A stretch of DNA of 64,000 nt, taken from positions 544,001 through 608,000 of the forward strand of contig JAVYWL010000001.1 of NCBI GenBank assembly GCA_038727135.1. The letters are read 5' to 3'. Shown here piece after piece: positions 18,697 to 29,139 of this stretch. Made by a program: the position numbers and the translations under genes. The notes beneath the pieces were generated by a model. The model worked only from the letters and a program-made list of their open reading frames with translations, did no database searches and was not told the DNA's origin. The stretch comes from Candidatus Bathyarchaeia archaeon. Its GTDB lineage: Archaea > Thermoproteota > Bathyarchaeia > Bathyarchaeales > Bathycorpusculaceae. How positions within the stretch are numbered: the stretch's first letter is position 1; each line of letters starts with the position of its first letter.

Positions 18697-18711
18697 GAAC
18701 GGTGAAAGTTT

Positions 18712-19500
18712 ATGGCTAAAACGGTGAAAGTCTTCGACCTCAACGGAAAACCCGTTGGAAAAATCAAACTTCCGCCAATCTTTGAAACACCCATAAGGCC
18801 AGATGTCATAAAACGGGCAGTCTTAGCCATACAGTCAACAAGATTTCAGCCGCAAGGCAGAGACCCGATGGCTGGAAAAAGAACATCAGCAGAATCAAGG
18901 GGCGTAGGCTTAGGCATAGCGAGAATACCAAGAATTAAAGGACCTGTTGGAAGAGGTGCCTTCGCACCCGGAACCGTCGGTGGTAGGCTGGCGCATCCGC
19001 CAACTCCAGAGAAAAAGATTGTTAAACGTATTCCAAAAAAGGAGAAGCGGTTAGCTCTTTTCTCCGCCATAGCCGCCACTGCCTCTAAAGAAATGGTGGT
19101 TTCTCGGGGACACGCCATTGAAGGAGTACCACAAATCCCTCTCGTCGTCACAGACGAGCTTGAAAGCCTGAAAAGGACTAAGGATGTTGAAGAAGCCCTC
19201 ATAAAGCTCGGCGTTTTAGCCGACTTGTATAGGGTTAAGGAAAGCGTGAAAGTCAGGGCTGGAAAGGGGAAAATGAGGGGGCGAAGAATAAAACAGGCTG
19301 TTGGACCATTAATAGTTGTGGCTGAAGACAAAGGCGTGGGCGAAGCTGCAAGGAACATACCCGGCGTTGACGTTGTTCCAGTTAGGAGTTTGAATGCTGA
19401 GGTTCTCGCGCCCGGAACACATCCTGGAAGATTGACAATTTGGACAGCCAGCGCCATAGAAACCCTCGACAAGCTTTATTGCAGAGGTGAGGAAGCCTAA
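18712..19500 (+). CDS. rpl4: 50S ribosomal protein L4
   Basis: [24 protein letters not shown]. Confidence 0.98.
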   Translation: MAKTVKVFDLNGKPVGKIKLPPIFETPIRPDVIKRAVLAIQSTRFQPQGRDPMAGKRTSAESRGVGLGIARIPRIKGPVGRGAFAPGTVGGRLAHPPTPEKKIVKRIPKKEKRLALFSAIAATASKEMVVSRGHAIEGVPQIPLVVTDELESLKRTKDVEEALIKLGVLADLYRVKESVKVRAGKGKMRGRRIKQAVGPLIVVAEDKGVGEAARNIPGVDVVPVRSLNAEVLAPGTHPGRLTIWTASAIETLDKLYCRGEEA

Positions 19501-19760
19501 TGGACCCTTATGAGGTTATACTTTACCCGTTGATGACGGAATCCGCCAGCCTAATGGTTGAGAGGGAAAACAAACTGGTCTTCATAGTCAACCTAAAAGC
19601 CACAAAGGAGGACGTGAAAAGGGCTGTTGAAGAGCTTTACGAAGTTAAGGTTGAAAAAGTAAACATTGTTATAACGCCTAAAGGGCAAAAGAAAGCCTTT
19701 GTTAAGCTCCATCCAGATTATAAGGCTACGGATGTCGCCATAAAGCTTGGAATACTATAA
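19500..19760 (+). CDS. rpl23: 50S ribosomal protein L23
   Basis: [15 protein letters not shown]. Confidence 0.97.
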   Translation: MDPYEVILYPLMTESASLMVERENKLVFIVNLKATKEDVKRAVEELYEVKVEKVNIVITPKGQKKAFVKLHPDYKATDVAIKLGIL

Positions 19761-19777
19761 TTTGTGTGGTGAAAGTT

Positions 19778-20521
19778 ATGGGAAAGAGGATTCGTGTCCA
19801 AAGGCGTGGGCGCGGCGGACCAACCTTTAGAGCGGCAACCCACAAGAGAGTAGCTCCGGCATGTTACCCGCCAGCAACAAAAGAAATCTTCGACACTGTA
19901 ACGAGGGGGGTTGTTGAGGAACTCCTTCACGACCCGGGAAGAGGCGCCCCCCTAGCTCTAATAAGATTTGAAAATGGGGAAGAATGCTACACGGTGGCTC
20001 CTGAAGGCGTATACACTGGACAGCAGATACAGATGGGCGGGAAAGCAAGCATCGAGGTTGGCAACATTCTGCCAATTGGTAGAATTCCAGAAGGCACAAT
20101 GGTCTGCAACATAGAGCTTAAACCCGGAGACGGCGGAAAAATCGCAAAATCTTCAGGCGCATACGCCACCATTGTGGCGCACACGGCACAGGGAACCCTA
20201 ATAAAGCTGCCCTCTGGCAAAACCAAGTATATTAGCGATCATTGCAGAGCCACAATAGGCGTTGTTGCTGGTGCCGGCAGGACAGAAAAGCCGTTCTTAA
20301 AGGCTGGTGCAAAATTCCACCTAATGAGGGCAAGAGGAAGAAAATATCCGAGAACCCGTGGAAAAGCGATGGTTGCGGCAGTCCACCCATATGGAAGCAG
20401 CAAAAGAAGTGCGCGGAAAGTTACAACTGTTTCGCGGAACGCCCCGCCTGGAAAGAAGGTTGGGCTTATAGCGGCTAGAGGCACTGGGCGGAGAAAGAAG
20501 AAGGTGAAGGAAGGCGAGTAA
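19778..20521 (+). CDS. rpl2: 50S ribosomal protein L2
   Basis: MGKRIRVQRRGRG, HDPGRGAPLA, HPYG. Confidence 0.98.
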   Translation: MGKRIRVQRRGRGGPTFRAATHKRVAPACYPPATKEIFDTVTRGVVEELLHDPGRGAPLALIRFENGEECYTVAPEGVYTGQQIQMGGKASIEVGNILPIGRIPEGTMVCNIELKPGDGGKIAKSSGAYATIVAHTAQGTLIKLPSGKTKYISDHCRATIGVVAGAGRTEKPFLKAGAKFHLMRARGRKYPRTRGKAMVAAVHPYGSSKRSARKVTTVSRNAPPGKKVGLIAARGTGRRKKKVKEGE

Positions 20522-20567
20522 TCAGAAGGTTTATAGCGTCACAATCAAAATTTATGAGGGATAAGTC

Positions 20568-20972
20568 ATGCCGAGGGAATTCACATACCGCGGATACACA
20601 CTTGAACAATTGCAAAGTATGTCAATGGACGAGTTCATAATGCTGCTTCCAGCGAGACAAAGAAGAAGCCTCCATAGAGGCTTGTCTCCAGAGCAGCGAA
20701 CCCTGCTGGAAAACATAAGGAAGGCGAAGGAAGCCATGAGGAAAGGCGGAAACGTGACCATCAAGACCCACTGCCGCGACATGATAATACTGCCAGAAAT
20801 GGTTGGATTAACAATTCACGTTCACAACGGCAAAGAATTCGTTCCTGTTGAGATAAAGCCAGACATGATTGGGCATTACCTAGGCGAGTTTGCAATAACC
20901 AACAAGCCTGTCAAGCATGGAACACCCGGCATAGGTGCATCTCGCTCTTCAATGTATGTCCCGCTAAAATAG
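20568..20972 (+). CDS. rps19: 30S ribosomal protein S19
   Basis: [22 protein letters not shown]. Confidence 0.98.
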   Translation: MPREFTYRGYTLEQLQSMSMDEFIMLLPARQRRSLHRGLSPEQRTLLENIRKAKEAMRKGGNVTIKTHCRDMIILPEMVGLTIHVHNGKEFVPVEIKPDMIGHYLGEFAITNKPVKHGTPGIGASRSSMYVPLK

Positions 20973-21003
20973 GAATAGCCTTCCGCCAGTTTTAGCAGCG
21001 CTT

Positions 21004-21441
21004 TTAGGCTGTATAATCCACACCAGAAGGCTTTTTCTCCGCCTCTTTCGCCGGCGGAATCTGTGGTAACGGTATCGGCGGCGGGATATTCAAAGTTCTT
21101 GAAATGATTACGCTCTCCACAAAAACCACATTTGAGATGGACTGCACAAGAACTGGTGGCGGCGGCTTCTTATCCTTATAATCCTCGTAAATCTTTGCTA
21201 TCTCATCTTTGCTACCAGCCACGTAGGCTCTTCCTTTGAGACTTATTTGTGCTATCGAAGGGTTGTAGTTAACCGTTAAGACAAAGGGTACTTCCAGCGT
21301 GTCATCCGACTTTTTCTCCACCTCAACAAGGTTGAGGTTTGTGTTTATCTGGATTGGCGGAATGGGTTTCCTAATATCCCAGAACCGCTCCCCAGAAACA
21401 TTTGTAATTAGGATATTTACCCTAATCATTCTGACCATCAT
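21004..21441 (-). CDS. Conserved archaeal hypothetical protein
   Basis: Last gene of the minus-strand operon; LNIPPPIPLP motif. Confidence 0.7.
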   Translation of the reverse strand: MMVRMIRVNILITNVSGERFWDIRKPIPPIQINTNLNLVEVEKKSDDTLEVPFVLTVNYNPSIAQISLKGRAYVAGSKDEIAKIYEDYKDKKPPPPVLVQSISNVVFVESVIISRTLNIPPPIPLPQIPPAKEAEKKPSGVDYTA

Positions 21442-21462
21442 ACACTATGGTGGTCGTGCAAT

Positions 21463-21708
21463 TTAAGTGTGTTTATATCTCGTGAAGCCGCAGTGCCCGC
21501 ATGCGTATCGGTCCCCGTGGTCAGCCATGAAATATCCAAGTCCACAGCGTTCGCACGTTGGGCGAAGTCTGACAATTTTTTCTCCTTCAATTTTATAGAT
21601 GGAGTGGATCCCTTTCTCTTCCCTTTTTCTTTTTTCTCTCTTTCCCTTTTTCGGTGCCGCCTTTGGTGCTGCTTCTTCTGCTGGGGCTTTCTCGTTTTTT
21701 TCAGCCAT
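21463..21708 (-). CDS. rps27ae: 30S ribosomal protein S27ae
   Basis: CERCG-GYFMADH-DRYACGHCG. Confidence 0.95.
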   Translation of the reverse strand: MAEKNEKAPAEEAAPKAAPKKGKREKRKREEKGIHSIYKIEGEKIVRLRPTCERCGLGYFMADHGDRYACGHCGFTRYKHT

Positions 21709-21709
21709 T

Positions 21710-22021
21710 TTACTCTTTCCCTTCTTCTTTTGGTTTTTCTGGCGGTATGTTTCTCTTTACAATGTATTTGGGCTCAATAAGCTTTGCGTGTTCAATAGAG
21801 TCATAAACGTTAGCCAGCCCGATGGCTTTACGTGTGCCAGTCTTTGTCTCTAACTTTTTGATGAAAACAAGGTTTGCGTCAATTTTCAGCAGCTTTGCAA
21901 TGGCATTTTTTACCTCTAACCTCGGAGGAGTGCTGCCGGTCTGGTTGTGGTCCACTTGGAAGACAACTTCTTTACGTTTTAAAAGCGGGTTCACATTTTC
22001 AGACAGGATTTTGACTTCCAT
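21710..22021 (-). CDS. rps24e: 30S ribosomal protein S24e
   Basis: NPLLKRKEV, TPPR, IEPKY. Confidence 0.96.
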   Translation of the reverse strand: MEVKILSENVNPLLKRKEVVFQVDHNQTGSTPPRLEVKNAIAKLLKIDANLVFIKKLETKTGTRKAIGLANVYDSIEHAKLIEPKYIVKRNIPPEKPKEEGKE

Positions 22022-22066
22022 AGCTTTTCCCTTGTGGTGTCTGACTTGATACCATTTTCCCTTTAT

Positions 22067-22594
22067 TTAGCCTTTCGCAACCTCCATAGCCTTTAATATT
22101 CTGGCAACCTCTTCCTTCTTCTGCCTTGTAGCTTTAACAACCACTATGCCCTCACGGGGCTGACCATAAACCACAAAGGAGTCTTCAGGCGCATACGAGA
22201 TAGCACACAAAGCTAAAAGATCTTCTTCCCCGTCAACAACAATTTTCGTCCTCCGATTAGCCTCCAAGGCTTCTTTGATGGCATTTAAAGCTTCAAAAGT
22301 TATAGTTCCAGGAGGATTTTTAACACGCCTTTCCACATCCGCCTTTAGCGGCGTTGGAGCTATATCCCTGCGCATAACTCGGTTATCAATAATCATAAGG
22401 TTTGGAAAAATGCCGTTTTCTGCTAGATTTTTTGAAACAGTATCTCCAACCGAAATTATGCTTGGCGGCTTTTCTCCATCCACGATCTGCTTAAACCTTT
22501 TGACGGTTTCTTCAAAAGAGCCTCTGATTAACATGCCGAGTGGCTTTTTAAGTTTTCTCCGAAGCGCTAACGGCAATACATAGGCTATGCTCAT
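22067..22594 (-). CDS. GTP-dependent dephospho-CoA kinase (DUF359)
   Basis: SVGD, NPPGTI, VDGEEDLL, YGQP; conserved position. Confidence 0.92.
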   Translation of the reverse strand: MSIAYVLPLALRRKLKKPLGMLIRGSFEETVKRFKQIVDGEKPPSIISVGDTVSKNLAENGIFPNLMIIDNRVMRRDIAPTPLKADVERRVKNPPGTITFEALNAIKEALEANRRTKIVVDGEEDLLALCAISYAPEDSFVVYGQPREGIVVVKATRQKKEEVARILKAMEVAKG

Positions 22595-22780
22595 TTATCT
22601 AACCTTTAAGGCGTAGCGCCCCTTTTCCTTAATATTCATCGCCTTTGCAATAGCTGAGCCCTCTGGGTCAAATATTATCACAAGCCCACTATAATCGTCG
22701 CTGAGAGTTGAGGTCTTACATTTTGGGCAGATGTTGCTGGTTGTTATTGTGTGGCATGTTGTACAGGCTTTTTCGCTCAT
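22595..22780 (-). CDS. spt4: Transcription elongation factor Spt4 (RpoE'')
   Basis: AC-x2-C...CP-C, S-IAK, GRYALKVR. Confidence 0.95.
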   Translation of the reverse strand: MSEKACTTCHTITTSNICPKCKTSTLSDDYSGLVIIFDPEGSAIAKAMNIKEKGRYALKVR

Positions 22781-23376
22781 TCTTTAGCCTTCTCCTTCTC
22801 TTTTTCCTTCTTCTTTTCAGAAGCTTCTTTCAACTTTTGCAAGTCCTGCTCTATCCACTCCAGCTTTCCGAGGAATGGCTGTCTTGCTGTTACACCTATT
22901 TTCGCCGAGCCGCCTACCCTGCCGAGAGAGACGGCTGTTATGCGGACGCGAACCCTGTCACCCGTCGCCAGTCTCCGGTTAGTCTGTTTTCCAATTAGAA
23001 CGCCTTGTTTCTCGTCGTAGGAGATAAAATCATCCATCAACTGTGAAACATGAAGCAGAGCGTCAACCGGTCCTATACGGACAAAAGCTCCAAAATCCGC
23101 GATTTCAACAACCTCTCCCTCAACAACCTCTTGGAGAACCGGATAAAATGTTAACAATGAAAAGGTTACCTTATGGTAGGTTGCCCCGTCACCCGGAATT
23201 ATTTTCCCTATAGGGCTTACTTTAACATCTGTTGCAGCGATAACATAGCCTAGAGCTTCGTCCACAACCCCCTCATATTTTGCTTTAACTTGCTGGTAGC
23301 CCACCTCATCCAGCGGATTACCAAAGGTTTCTGGGGGTATGCGAATTGTATCCTCCATGGTTATGAGTTTAAACAA
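22777..23376 (-). CDS. rpoE1: RNA polymerase subunit Rpo7 (E')
   Basis: IRIPP, GDGATYH, FGAFVRIGPVDALLHVSQ; TTG start with GGAGG. Confidence 0.96.
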   Translation of the reverse strand: MFKLITMEDTIRIPPETFGNPLDEVGYQQVKAKYEGVVDEALGYVIAATDVKVSPIGKIIPGDGATYHKVTFSLLTFYPVLQEVVEGEVVEIADFGAFVRIGPVDALLHVSQLMDDFISYDEKQGVLIGKQTNRRLATGDRVRVRITAVSLGRVGGSAKIGVTARQPFLGKLEWIEQDLQKLKEASEKKKEKEKEKAKE

Positions 23377-23809
23377 GGTTGCATCCTCCCTCAATTTCAA
23401 GCCGGGACTTTTGCCTCACATAAATAACTGGCACATTTATATCTCTTAACCTCTTTCGAAGCGCTCTATCATTGGTGAAAACGGGACTTTTCCATTCACC
23501 CGCCACTTTCACAATGGCGTCGTCCGGAGAACCCGCATAATTTTCACCTAAATCCATAAGTTTGCACTTTTCAGTAAGCCTCAAAGCATAGGCAGCCTCT
23601 TTTCGTGTTTTAGGCGAGCCTCTGGCAGCGAGAGTTTCCAACTCCCTCTTAACCGGCGAAAGCAACACAAATTCAACGTTCCTCTCCAAAAGATTCTTCA
23701 ACTCCTCGAATATGTCAATTTTAAACTTTAAAGGGACAAAAAACGCATTTGAGTCAAGAATAACCTTCAATTTTTCCTTTTTAGCTTTGGGGTTTTGACG
23801 GCTTGTCAC
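23369..23809 (-). CDS. PIN-domain protein (Fcf1/Utp24-like)
   Basis: ILDSN, V-REL, DD, TND-ALR; between aIF2-gamma and rpoE. Confidence 0.88.
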   Translation of the reverse strand: MTSRQNPKAKKEKLKVILDSNAFFVPLKFKIDIFEELKNLLERNVEFVLLSPVKRELETLAARGSPKTRKEAAYALRLTEKCKLMDLGENYAGSPDDAIVKVAGEWKSPVFTNDRALRKRLRDINVPVIYVRQKSRLEIEGGCNLV

Positions 23810-25056
23810 TTTATCATTCCGTATCCTATTAATCGCCATCTTCCGGCAATCTTCCTACTTATGGCAACCCTCGAACCGGTAAGTGCGCACACCGGCCTTG
23901 TGAGCTTAAGCGTGGTCATTTCACCCTTAACCGCCACAACTTTTCCAACAGTTATTGCAGCGCCCACATGAAGCAGTAGCGTTTCATCCTTGCTTATGCT
24001 TTCCACTTTTGCCAACTCCTTAGTTCCCACGGCCCTCTCAAGAATGTACGTTTCCAAATTGAGCTCTGTGAGAACTTGCGGGAGCATTCCGGCTTTTCCA
24101 ACAATGTTTCCAGTTAAACCATCAGCCTTAGAAAGCGAGGGATCCAGAAGGGTTCCGACGCCGACAAGACCGCCGCAGTGGGCTTCTTTGACGTTCCTTC
24201 CGCCAGCGTGCAAACTTGTGATTTCGCTGAAGAGAGGCTTGTAGACTGTTTTGCCCTCCTCCTCAACGCTTATTCCTGGTCGAAGCTCTATCTCATCCTC
24301 AACAGCAAACTTTCCCTGCAAAATTGTTCCGCCTATAACCCCGCCCCTAAGCTTTTCTATCGGAGTGCCCGGCTTATTCACATCAAAGGAGCGTACAACA
24401 TACATTAAAGGCTGTTTTGTCTCATCCCTTTTAGGCGTTGGTATAAACTCTTCCATGGCTTGGATTAAAGCGTCTATGTTCACGCCCCGTTGGGCTGAAA
24501 CTGGAATTATCGGGGCGTTTTCGGCAATTGTTCCCTTAACAAAATTTTTAATCTCCTCATAACTTTTCCGAGCCCTTTCCTCGGTTACAATGTCGATTTT
24601 GTTTTGTGCTATAATGATGTTCTTAATGCCGATAATTTCAGCCGCAGCCAAGTGCTCTCTAGTTTGTGGCTGAGGGCAAGGTTCATCAGCAGCAATAACA
24701 AGTATTGCCCCATCCATTATTGCTGCTCCAGATAGCATCGTAGCCATCAAAGCCTCATGTCCAGGAGCATCAACAAAGCTCACAGCTCTTATAAAAGTTG
24801 TTTCAGAACCGCAGTGAGGGCAAACGGCCTCTTTTGAATAGTTTTTAGGTGGTTCACATTTGGGACATTTGTATATAGGCATGTCCGCATAGCCTAACTT
24901 TATTGTTATGCCCCGCTTGAGTTCCTCGCTGTGTCTAGCAGCCCAGATCCCAGTTAAAGCCTGCACTAAGGTTGTTTTGCCATGGTCAACATGCCCTATT
25001 GTGCCAATGTTTATTTCCGGCTGCCGCGGTAAAGCAATAGTCTTTTCTTCACTCAT
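23806..25056 (-). CDS. eif2g: Translation initiation factor aIF2 gamma
   Basis: GHVDHGKT, RGITIKLGY, DAPGHE, NKID, WRLIGYG. Confidence 0.98.
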   Translation of the reverse strand: MSEEKTIALPRQPEINIGTIGHVDHGKTTLVQALTGIWAARHSEELKRGITIKLGYADMPIYKCPKCEPPKNYSKEAVCPHCGSETTFIRAVSFVDAPGHEALMATMLSGAAIMDGAILVIAADEPCPQPQTREHLAAAEIIGIKNIIIAQNKIDIVTEERARKSYEEIKNFVKGTIAENAPIIPVSAQRGVNIDALIQAMEEFIPTPKRDETKQPLMYVVRSFDVNKPGTPIEKLRGGVIGGTILQGKFAVEDEIELRPGISVEEEGKTVYKPLFSEITSLHAGGRNVKEAHCGGLVGVGTLLDPSLSKADGLTGNIVGKAGMLPQVLTELNLETYILERAVGTKELAKVESISKDETLLLHVGAAITVGKVVAVKGEMTTLKLTRPVCALTGSRVAISRKIAGRWRLIGYGMIK

Positions 25057-25134
25057 TTCCTTTTTCCTTCACAACACAATTATTGAAGGATTTTACCTTG
25101 CAAGCTAATAAACATTAAGCACGTAATCCGCGTT

Positions 25135-25560
25135 TTAAGCTTCATTTCCTGCTTTCTGCTCTTCTTTAGGTGGCTGGGGCTTTTCCCTCACCTCTCCAGC
25201 CTTCTTACCCTTAGGCTTTTCAACAATCTTCATATTCACCTGAACAATCTCGTCGGTGATAATGTTTCCACGAACCCTCTTTCGTCTCCGTTCCCCCTCA
25301 TCCTGCGGGTTAAAGCCAACCCCGCCGCTTAACACGACGTTTCTTCGCACTCCACCATGAACGTTAGGTCTCATTGGGAAGCCATCCTTATCGGAGCCGC
25401 CGGTAATCTGAACCTTAAAACCTGGTAAGCCGACAACTGAACCGTCTATTATGTCGCCTATTTTCTTCCCGATTAACGGAACCGCTCGCGCATCTTCCAA
25501 CTCTACAGTCTTCGAAGTACCATCCTCAGGATCCGACACTATAACCTTAAATTTAGCCAT
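25135..25560 (-). CDS. rps6e: 30S ribosomal protein S6e
   Basis: ITGGSDKDGFPM, ERRRKRVRG. Confidence 0.97.
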   Translation of the reverse strand: MAKFKVIVSDPEDGTSKTVELEDARAVPLIGKKIGDIIDGSVVGLPGFKVQITGGSDKDGFPMRPNVHGGVRRNVVLSGGVGFNPQDEGERRRKRVRGNIITDEIVQVNMKIVEKPKGKKAGEVREKPQPPKEEQKAGNEA

Positions 25561-25699
25561 TGGCGTTTCTCTCCAGCGGAGATTATGAAGTTAAATCTCT
25601 AATTATTAAGGGTTGTGTGAAAACATTGACTGTGTATATAGCTTTCAGTTTTACCTAAAGGCAAAAGTTTTAATTTTGCCATTATGTTGTTCACTGTTT

Positions 25700-26890
25700 A
25701 TGTGGCGTCTGGGATTCCTGTTCCATGAAATGGCTTTTGGTCTGCTTTCAGTTTTCCTCCCCCTTTACATCATAAGCATTGGCGGGTCGTTGCTCGACAT
25801 AGGAGTGATGACTTTCACCGCTTCACTCGCGTCCATTCCAGCCTTCTTCTTCTGGGGTTACATATGCGACAAAACACAACGTTACAAACGCTACATCCTG
25901 CTTTCGTTTTTATCCACCTCTATTCTGCTATACCTTTTCACTCTCTCAGCCAATGTGAATGTGCTCATAGCTTTGTACGTAGTTATTTCGATTTTCCACG
26001 CTGCGCATGAACCGCCCAAAAATGTGCTCATAGCCGAATTCTATACAAGAGATGAATGGGAGAAAGCCTACGCCCTTTATGAAGGGTTAACCGAAATAGG
26101 CTGGCTAACCGGACTATGCACGGGAATTTTCATATTCTCCTCAGCGAGTTTTGATGCAAAGACAACATTGCTGATTTGTAGCGGCTCAAACTTTTTGGCC
26201 TTCCTGCTCTCCTTGTTTTTGGTTGCTGATCCAATCATAGTTGTTGAAAGAGGTTTGGTAAACATAGAAAAAAGCGTTAGTTTCGTACATAAAGGTGCGA
26301 CTTTGGCCTCGAAAATTTTGGAAGGTTTACCCGTTCATATACGCCTTAAAATGGAGAATGTTTACGCTTTTTGCTGGGGATTGATGCTTTTCTCTTTTGC
26401 CACAAACATTCTATTCACACCTCTACCAGTCTTCTTCTCCAAAGATTTGAACTTGCCAACCTACATGGTTTACGCCATATACGTTTCAAACTCCGCGGCA
26501 TGCACCGTTGGCTATTTCTTAGCAGGAAAAAGGCTCGAACAATATGAGGAGAGGACACGTTTGCAAAAGATAGTTTGGATGAGGAGCCTCCTTGCCCTTC
26601 TCTTGGCGGGTTTTACTGTTTTAAGCTTTTGCACAGCAATTTTTGCCACATTAATCCTAACGTTAATGGGTTTCGCTTATGCTTTATACCATGTTTCAGT
26701 GCTCTCTCTGTCAATGGAGCTTATACCCGCTGGAAAGGCGGGCGTCTTTGATGTCCTTGTAAGTGTAGGTGGCGCCATAGGCGCTTTCACTGGTCCGTTT
26801 GTTGCCCAAACTTTGGGTTTCACTTACGCGTTCTTATTCGCTGGAGCAGCTTTTCTCCTTGCTTATGCATCTTTTAAGCTGTACTTCTGA
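25700..26890 (+). CDS. MFS transporter
   Basis: About 12 hydrophobic segments; WGYICDKTQRYK motif A. Confidence 0.85.
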   Translation: MWRLGFLFHEMAFGLLSVFLPLYIISIGGSLLDIGVMTFTASLASIPAFFFWGYICDKTQRYKRYILLSFLSTSILLYLFTLSANVNVLIALYVVISIFHAAHEPPKNVLIAEFYTRDEWEKAYALYEGLTEIGWLTGLCTGIFIFSSASFDAKTTLLICSGSNFLAFLLSLFLVADPIIVVERGLVNIEKSVSFVHKGATLASKILEGLPVHIRLKMENVYAFCWGLMLFSFATNILFTPLPVFFSKDLNLPTYMVYAIYVSNSAACTVGYFLAGKRLEQYEERTRLQKIVWMRSLLALLLAGFTVLSFCTAIFATLILTLMGFAYALYHVSVLSLSMELIPAGKAGVFDVLVSVGGAIGAFTGPFVAQTLGFTYAFLFAGAAFLLAYASFKLYF

Positions 26891-26905
26891 AGCAAAAGGT
26901 ATCGC

Positions 26906-28363
26906 TTATTCTACATGTACTCTGTAGACGTCTATGTCTTCCCTCATTTCTGGTGTTAACTCTAGGAACTCCCTAACGGATCTTTCAATATCTTTTGACT
27001 GCGTTACATAGCGTCCAACAACAACTATGTCGGCGCCCTTCTCTAACGCCTCTTTCGCGGTTTCTGGAATTATCCCACCAGCCACGGCTATAAGGAACTT
27101 CTTATCCTTGAATGCTTGCCTAAGTTCTTGAATAAGCTCTAGTCCAATGGTTCTGCCGGTCTCCTCGTCTATGCCCCTATGAATAATGATAATGTCTGGA
27201 AAGTCTCTGAGAGTTTTGAGTTTTTTTATCGGGTCTTCAACATTAAGCATGTCAATAGCCGCATAAATCCCAAGCCTTTTCGCCTCATAAATGAAGGCGT
27301 CTAAGGTTTCGGTGGGCGCTAAACCAGCCGCTATGACACCGTCAGCCGTCTCTTCATAGGCTATGTCCACTTCCACCTTCCCAACGTCGAGAGTCTTCAA
27401 ATCCGCCATGAAGAATATGTCTTTGGCGACCTCTCTAAGCTCGCTTATCACTTTGGTGCCGTAACGCTTTATGAGCGGTGTGCCAGCCTCCAGAATTATT
27501 CTGTCGCTTCTTGGAATTTGCATGATAATCTTCTTAGTTCGCTCTAAGTCAGGTATGTCGAGGGAAATCTGCAGGTAAGGTGGCCTCCAAAGGCGTGGCA
27601 CTCTGTAACCCAGCATTGGATGCTTAGCCCTATCCTTGTCGTAGAAGACCTTCTCCAGTGAGGGATACCTCGCCATAGCCCTCTTCAAAGCCAACTTCGT
27701 TGCGCTATAATTGTAATGGTATATTTTTCGGTAGTCACTAGCCTTCGGATGGACAAAGACGCTGCACACGACAACCCAGTCGTCAACCTTATCTTTCGGG
27801 ATTATGCCCTCTTCAACAGCATCTGCAATGGCCTTAGCAACAGCCGCTTGAGCCGGGCCAAAAACTTTGTTGGCATCCTCAAGATTCTTTATTGTCACTT
27901 TGGGCACAAGCAAAGTATGCGGTTTAGGCGGAAGATTAGGCCTAATAACAGCCAAAAGTGGCGTGTGCCCCATAGAAAGGTGCGCCAGACCATTTGCAAA
28001 GGCCTCGCCAACAGGCCCATCCTTGTCGCCTATTAAGAGGTCTATATGAGCAACTTCGTTCCCTTCTCCGACAAGAGCCTCTCCGATAAGATAAGTGTAA
28101 CCTTTAGAAGGCTGCGGAACACCCGACACTTCAGCAGCAGAAACGCCAGCAGCAACCTCATCAAAATCGACATTAAACTCCCTAAGCCAGGAATAAAGCG
28201 TATCCCTATGAATCCCTAAAATTTTTGCTGTCCCGGAAACTGTTGCCTTTGCAGGTTTACCCGACAGAAGAGTGCGTGCTTCCACCTCTTTCCTAGCGGC
28301 ATCCGTCAAAATTCTGACGAATTCTTCACGAGTTTCAGGCTTCTTAAAGTACCTTTCCGACAT
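26906..28363 (-). CDS. fae-hps: Bifunctional formaldehyde-activating enzyme/3-hexulose-6-phosphate synthase with N-terminal HTH
   Basis: GEALVGEGNEVAHIDL, FGPAQAAVA (Fae); EAGTPLIK, ADLKTLD, VAGGI (Hps). Confidence 0.93.
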   Translation of the reverse strand: MSERYFKKPETREEFVRILTDAARKEVEARTLLSGKPAKATVSGTAKILGIHRDTLYSWLREFNVDFDEVAAGVSAAEVSGVPQPSKGYTYLIGEALVGEGNEVAHIDLLIGDKDGPVGEAFANGLAHLSMGHTPLLAVIRPNLPPKPHTLLVPKVTIKNLEDANKVFGPAQAAVAKAIADAVEEGIIPKDKVDDWVVVCSVFVHPKASDYRKIYHYNYSATKLALKRAMARYPSLEKVFYDKDRAKHPMLGYRVPRLWRPPYLQISLDIPDLERTKKIIMQIPRSDRIILEAGTPLIKRYGTKVISELREVAKDIFFMADLKTLDVGKVEVDIAYEETADGVIAAGLAPTETLDAFIYEAKRLGIYAAIDMLNVEDPIKKLKTLRDFPDIIIIHRGIDEETGRTIGLELIQELRQAFKDKKFLIAVAGGIIPETAKEALEKGADIVVVGRYVTQSKDIERSVREFLELTPEMREDIDVYRVHVE

Positions 28364-28470
28364 TTACCGCTTCCTCCAGAGATGTAATTCTTTGAAGAGT
28401 TATTTAAATTTGTCGGATCATATGTCGACTTAGGTTGGTTCTTGTAAATTATGTTTTCAAATATGTCGGA
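28356..28470. promoter_or_regulatory. fae-hps promoter with repeated TGTCG(G/A) motifs
   Basis: TATA-like box 28401-28408; motifs at 28356 (reverse), 28411, 28423, 28464. Confidence 0.5.
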
Positions 28471-28497
28471 TATTATCATTGTATACAGAAATGTTTT

Positions 28498-28575
28498 TGG
28501 TGCTCCGGCCGGGATTTGAACCCGGGTCCGCGGCTCGAGAGGCCGCTATACTTGACCGGACTATACTACCGGAGC
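28498..28575 (-). tRNA. tRNA-Glu(CTC), CCA encoded
   Basis: Cloverleaf; GCGGC-CT CTC GA-GCCGC anticodon arm; GGTTCAAATCC. Confidence 0.96.
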
Positions 28576-28607
28576 CTTTAGCCAAGTAATATTTCATGAT
28601 GGCTGTA

Positions 28608-28991
28608 TTAATTTGCTTTCCTCTTATCCTTTCCTTTATCTTTTTCTTCTTTTTCTTTTAGTTTTAGTTCTTCGACCGTGTGTGCTTTTTGGAGTTGTTT
28701 CATGTACCACGCTCTTTCCTTGGCGTAGTGAATGCTTAGGGCTATGCCTAAAATGAGGAGGACTAAGCCCGCTAGTGTTAGGGATAAGCCTAAAAAGCTG
28801 TAGGGATGTGATGTTAGATGGTATGGTATTATTAGGAACCATTCTGGGTTTTCTACTGTTATGACGGTTTCTAGGAGGCCTCCGACGAAGAATATCGCGC
28901 CTATTATGGTTATTAGGTATCCTATTGTTTCGTTGTGTCTTGATTCTTCGGCCTTTTCATGAAGGTATTCGCTAAGAAGCATTAAATCCAC
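28608..28991 (-). CDS. Small two-TM membrane protein
   Basis: Two hydrophobic helices and a charged tail. Confidence 0.75.
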   Translation of the reverse strand: MDLMLLSEYLHEKAEESRHNETIGYLITIIGAIFFVGGLLETVITVENPEWFLIIPYHLTSHPYSFLGLSLTLAGLVLLILGIALSIHYAKERAWYMKQLQKAHTVEELKLKEKEEKDKGKDKRKAN

Positions 28992-29139
28992 GATTTGTGG
29001 CGTGGGGTGGATGGCTATAAATGTTATTTTGAATTCCGAATTCCAGAATGCTTTCCGACATGGTGAGTGGCTAATTCAGGTTTAGAAAAGCCTATATGCA
29101 TAGCTACTGTTAGTCGTTTGTTGCAACGGCTAAAGTGGT

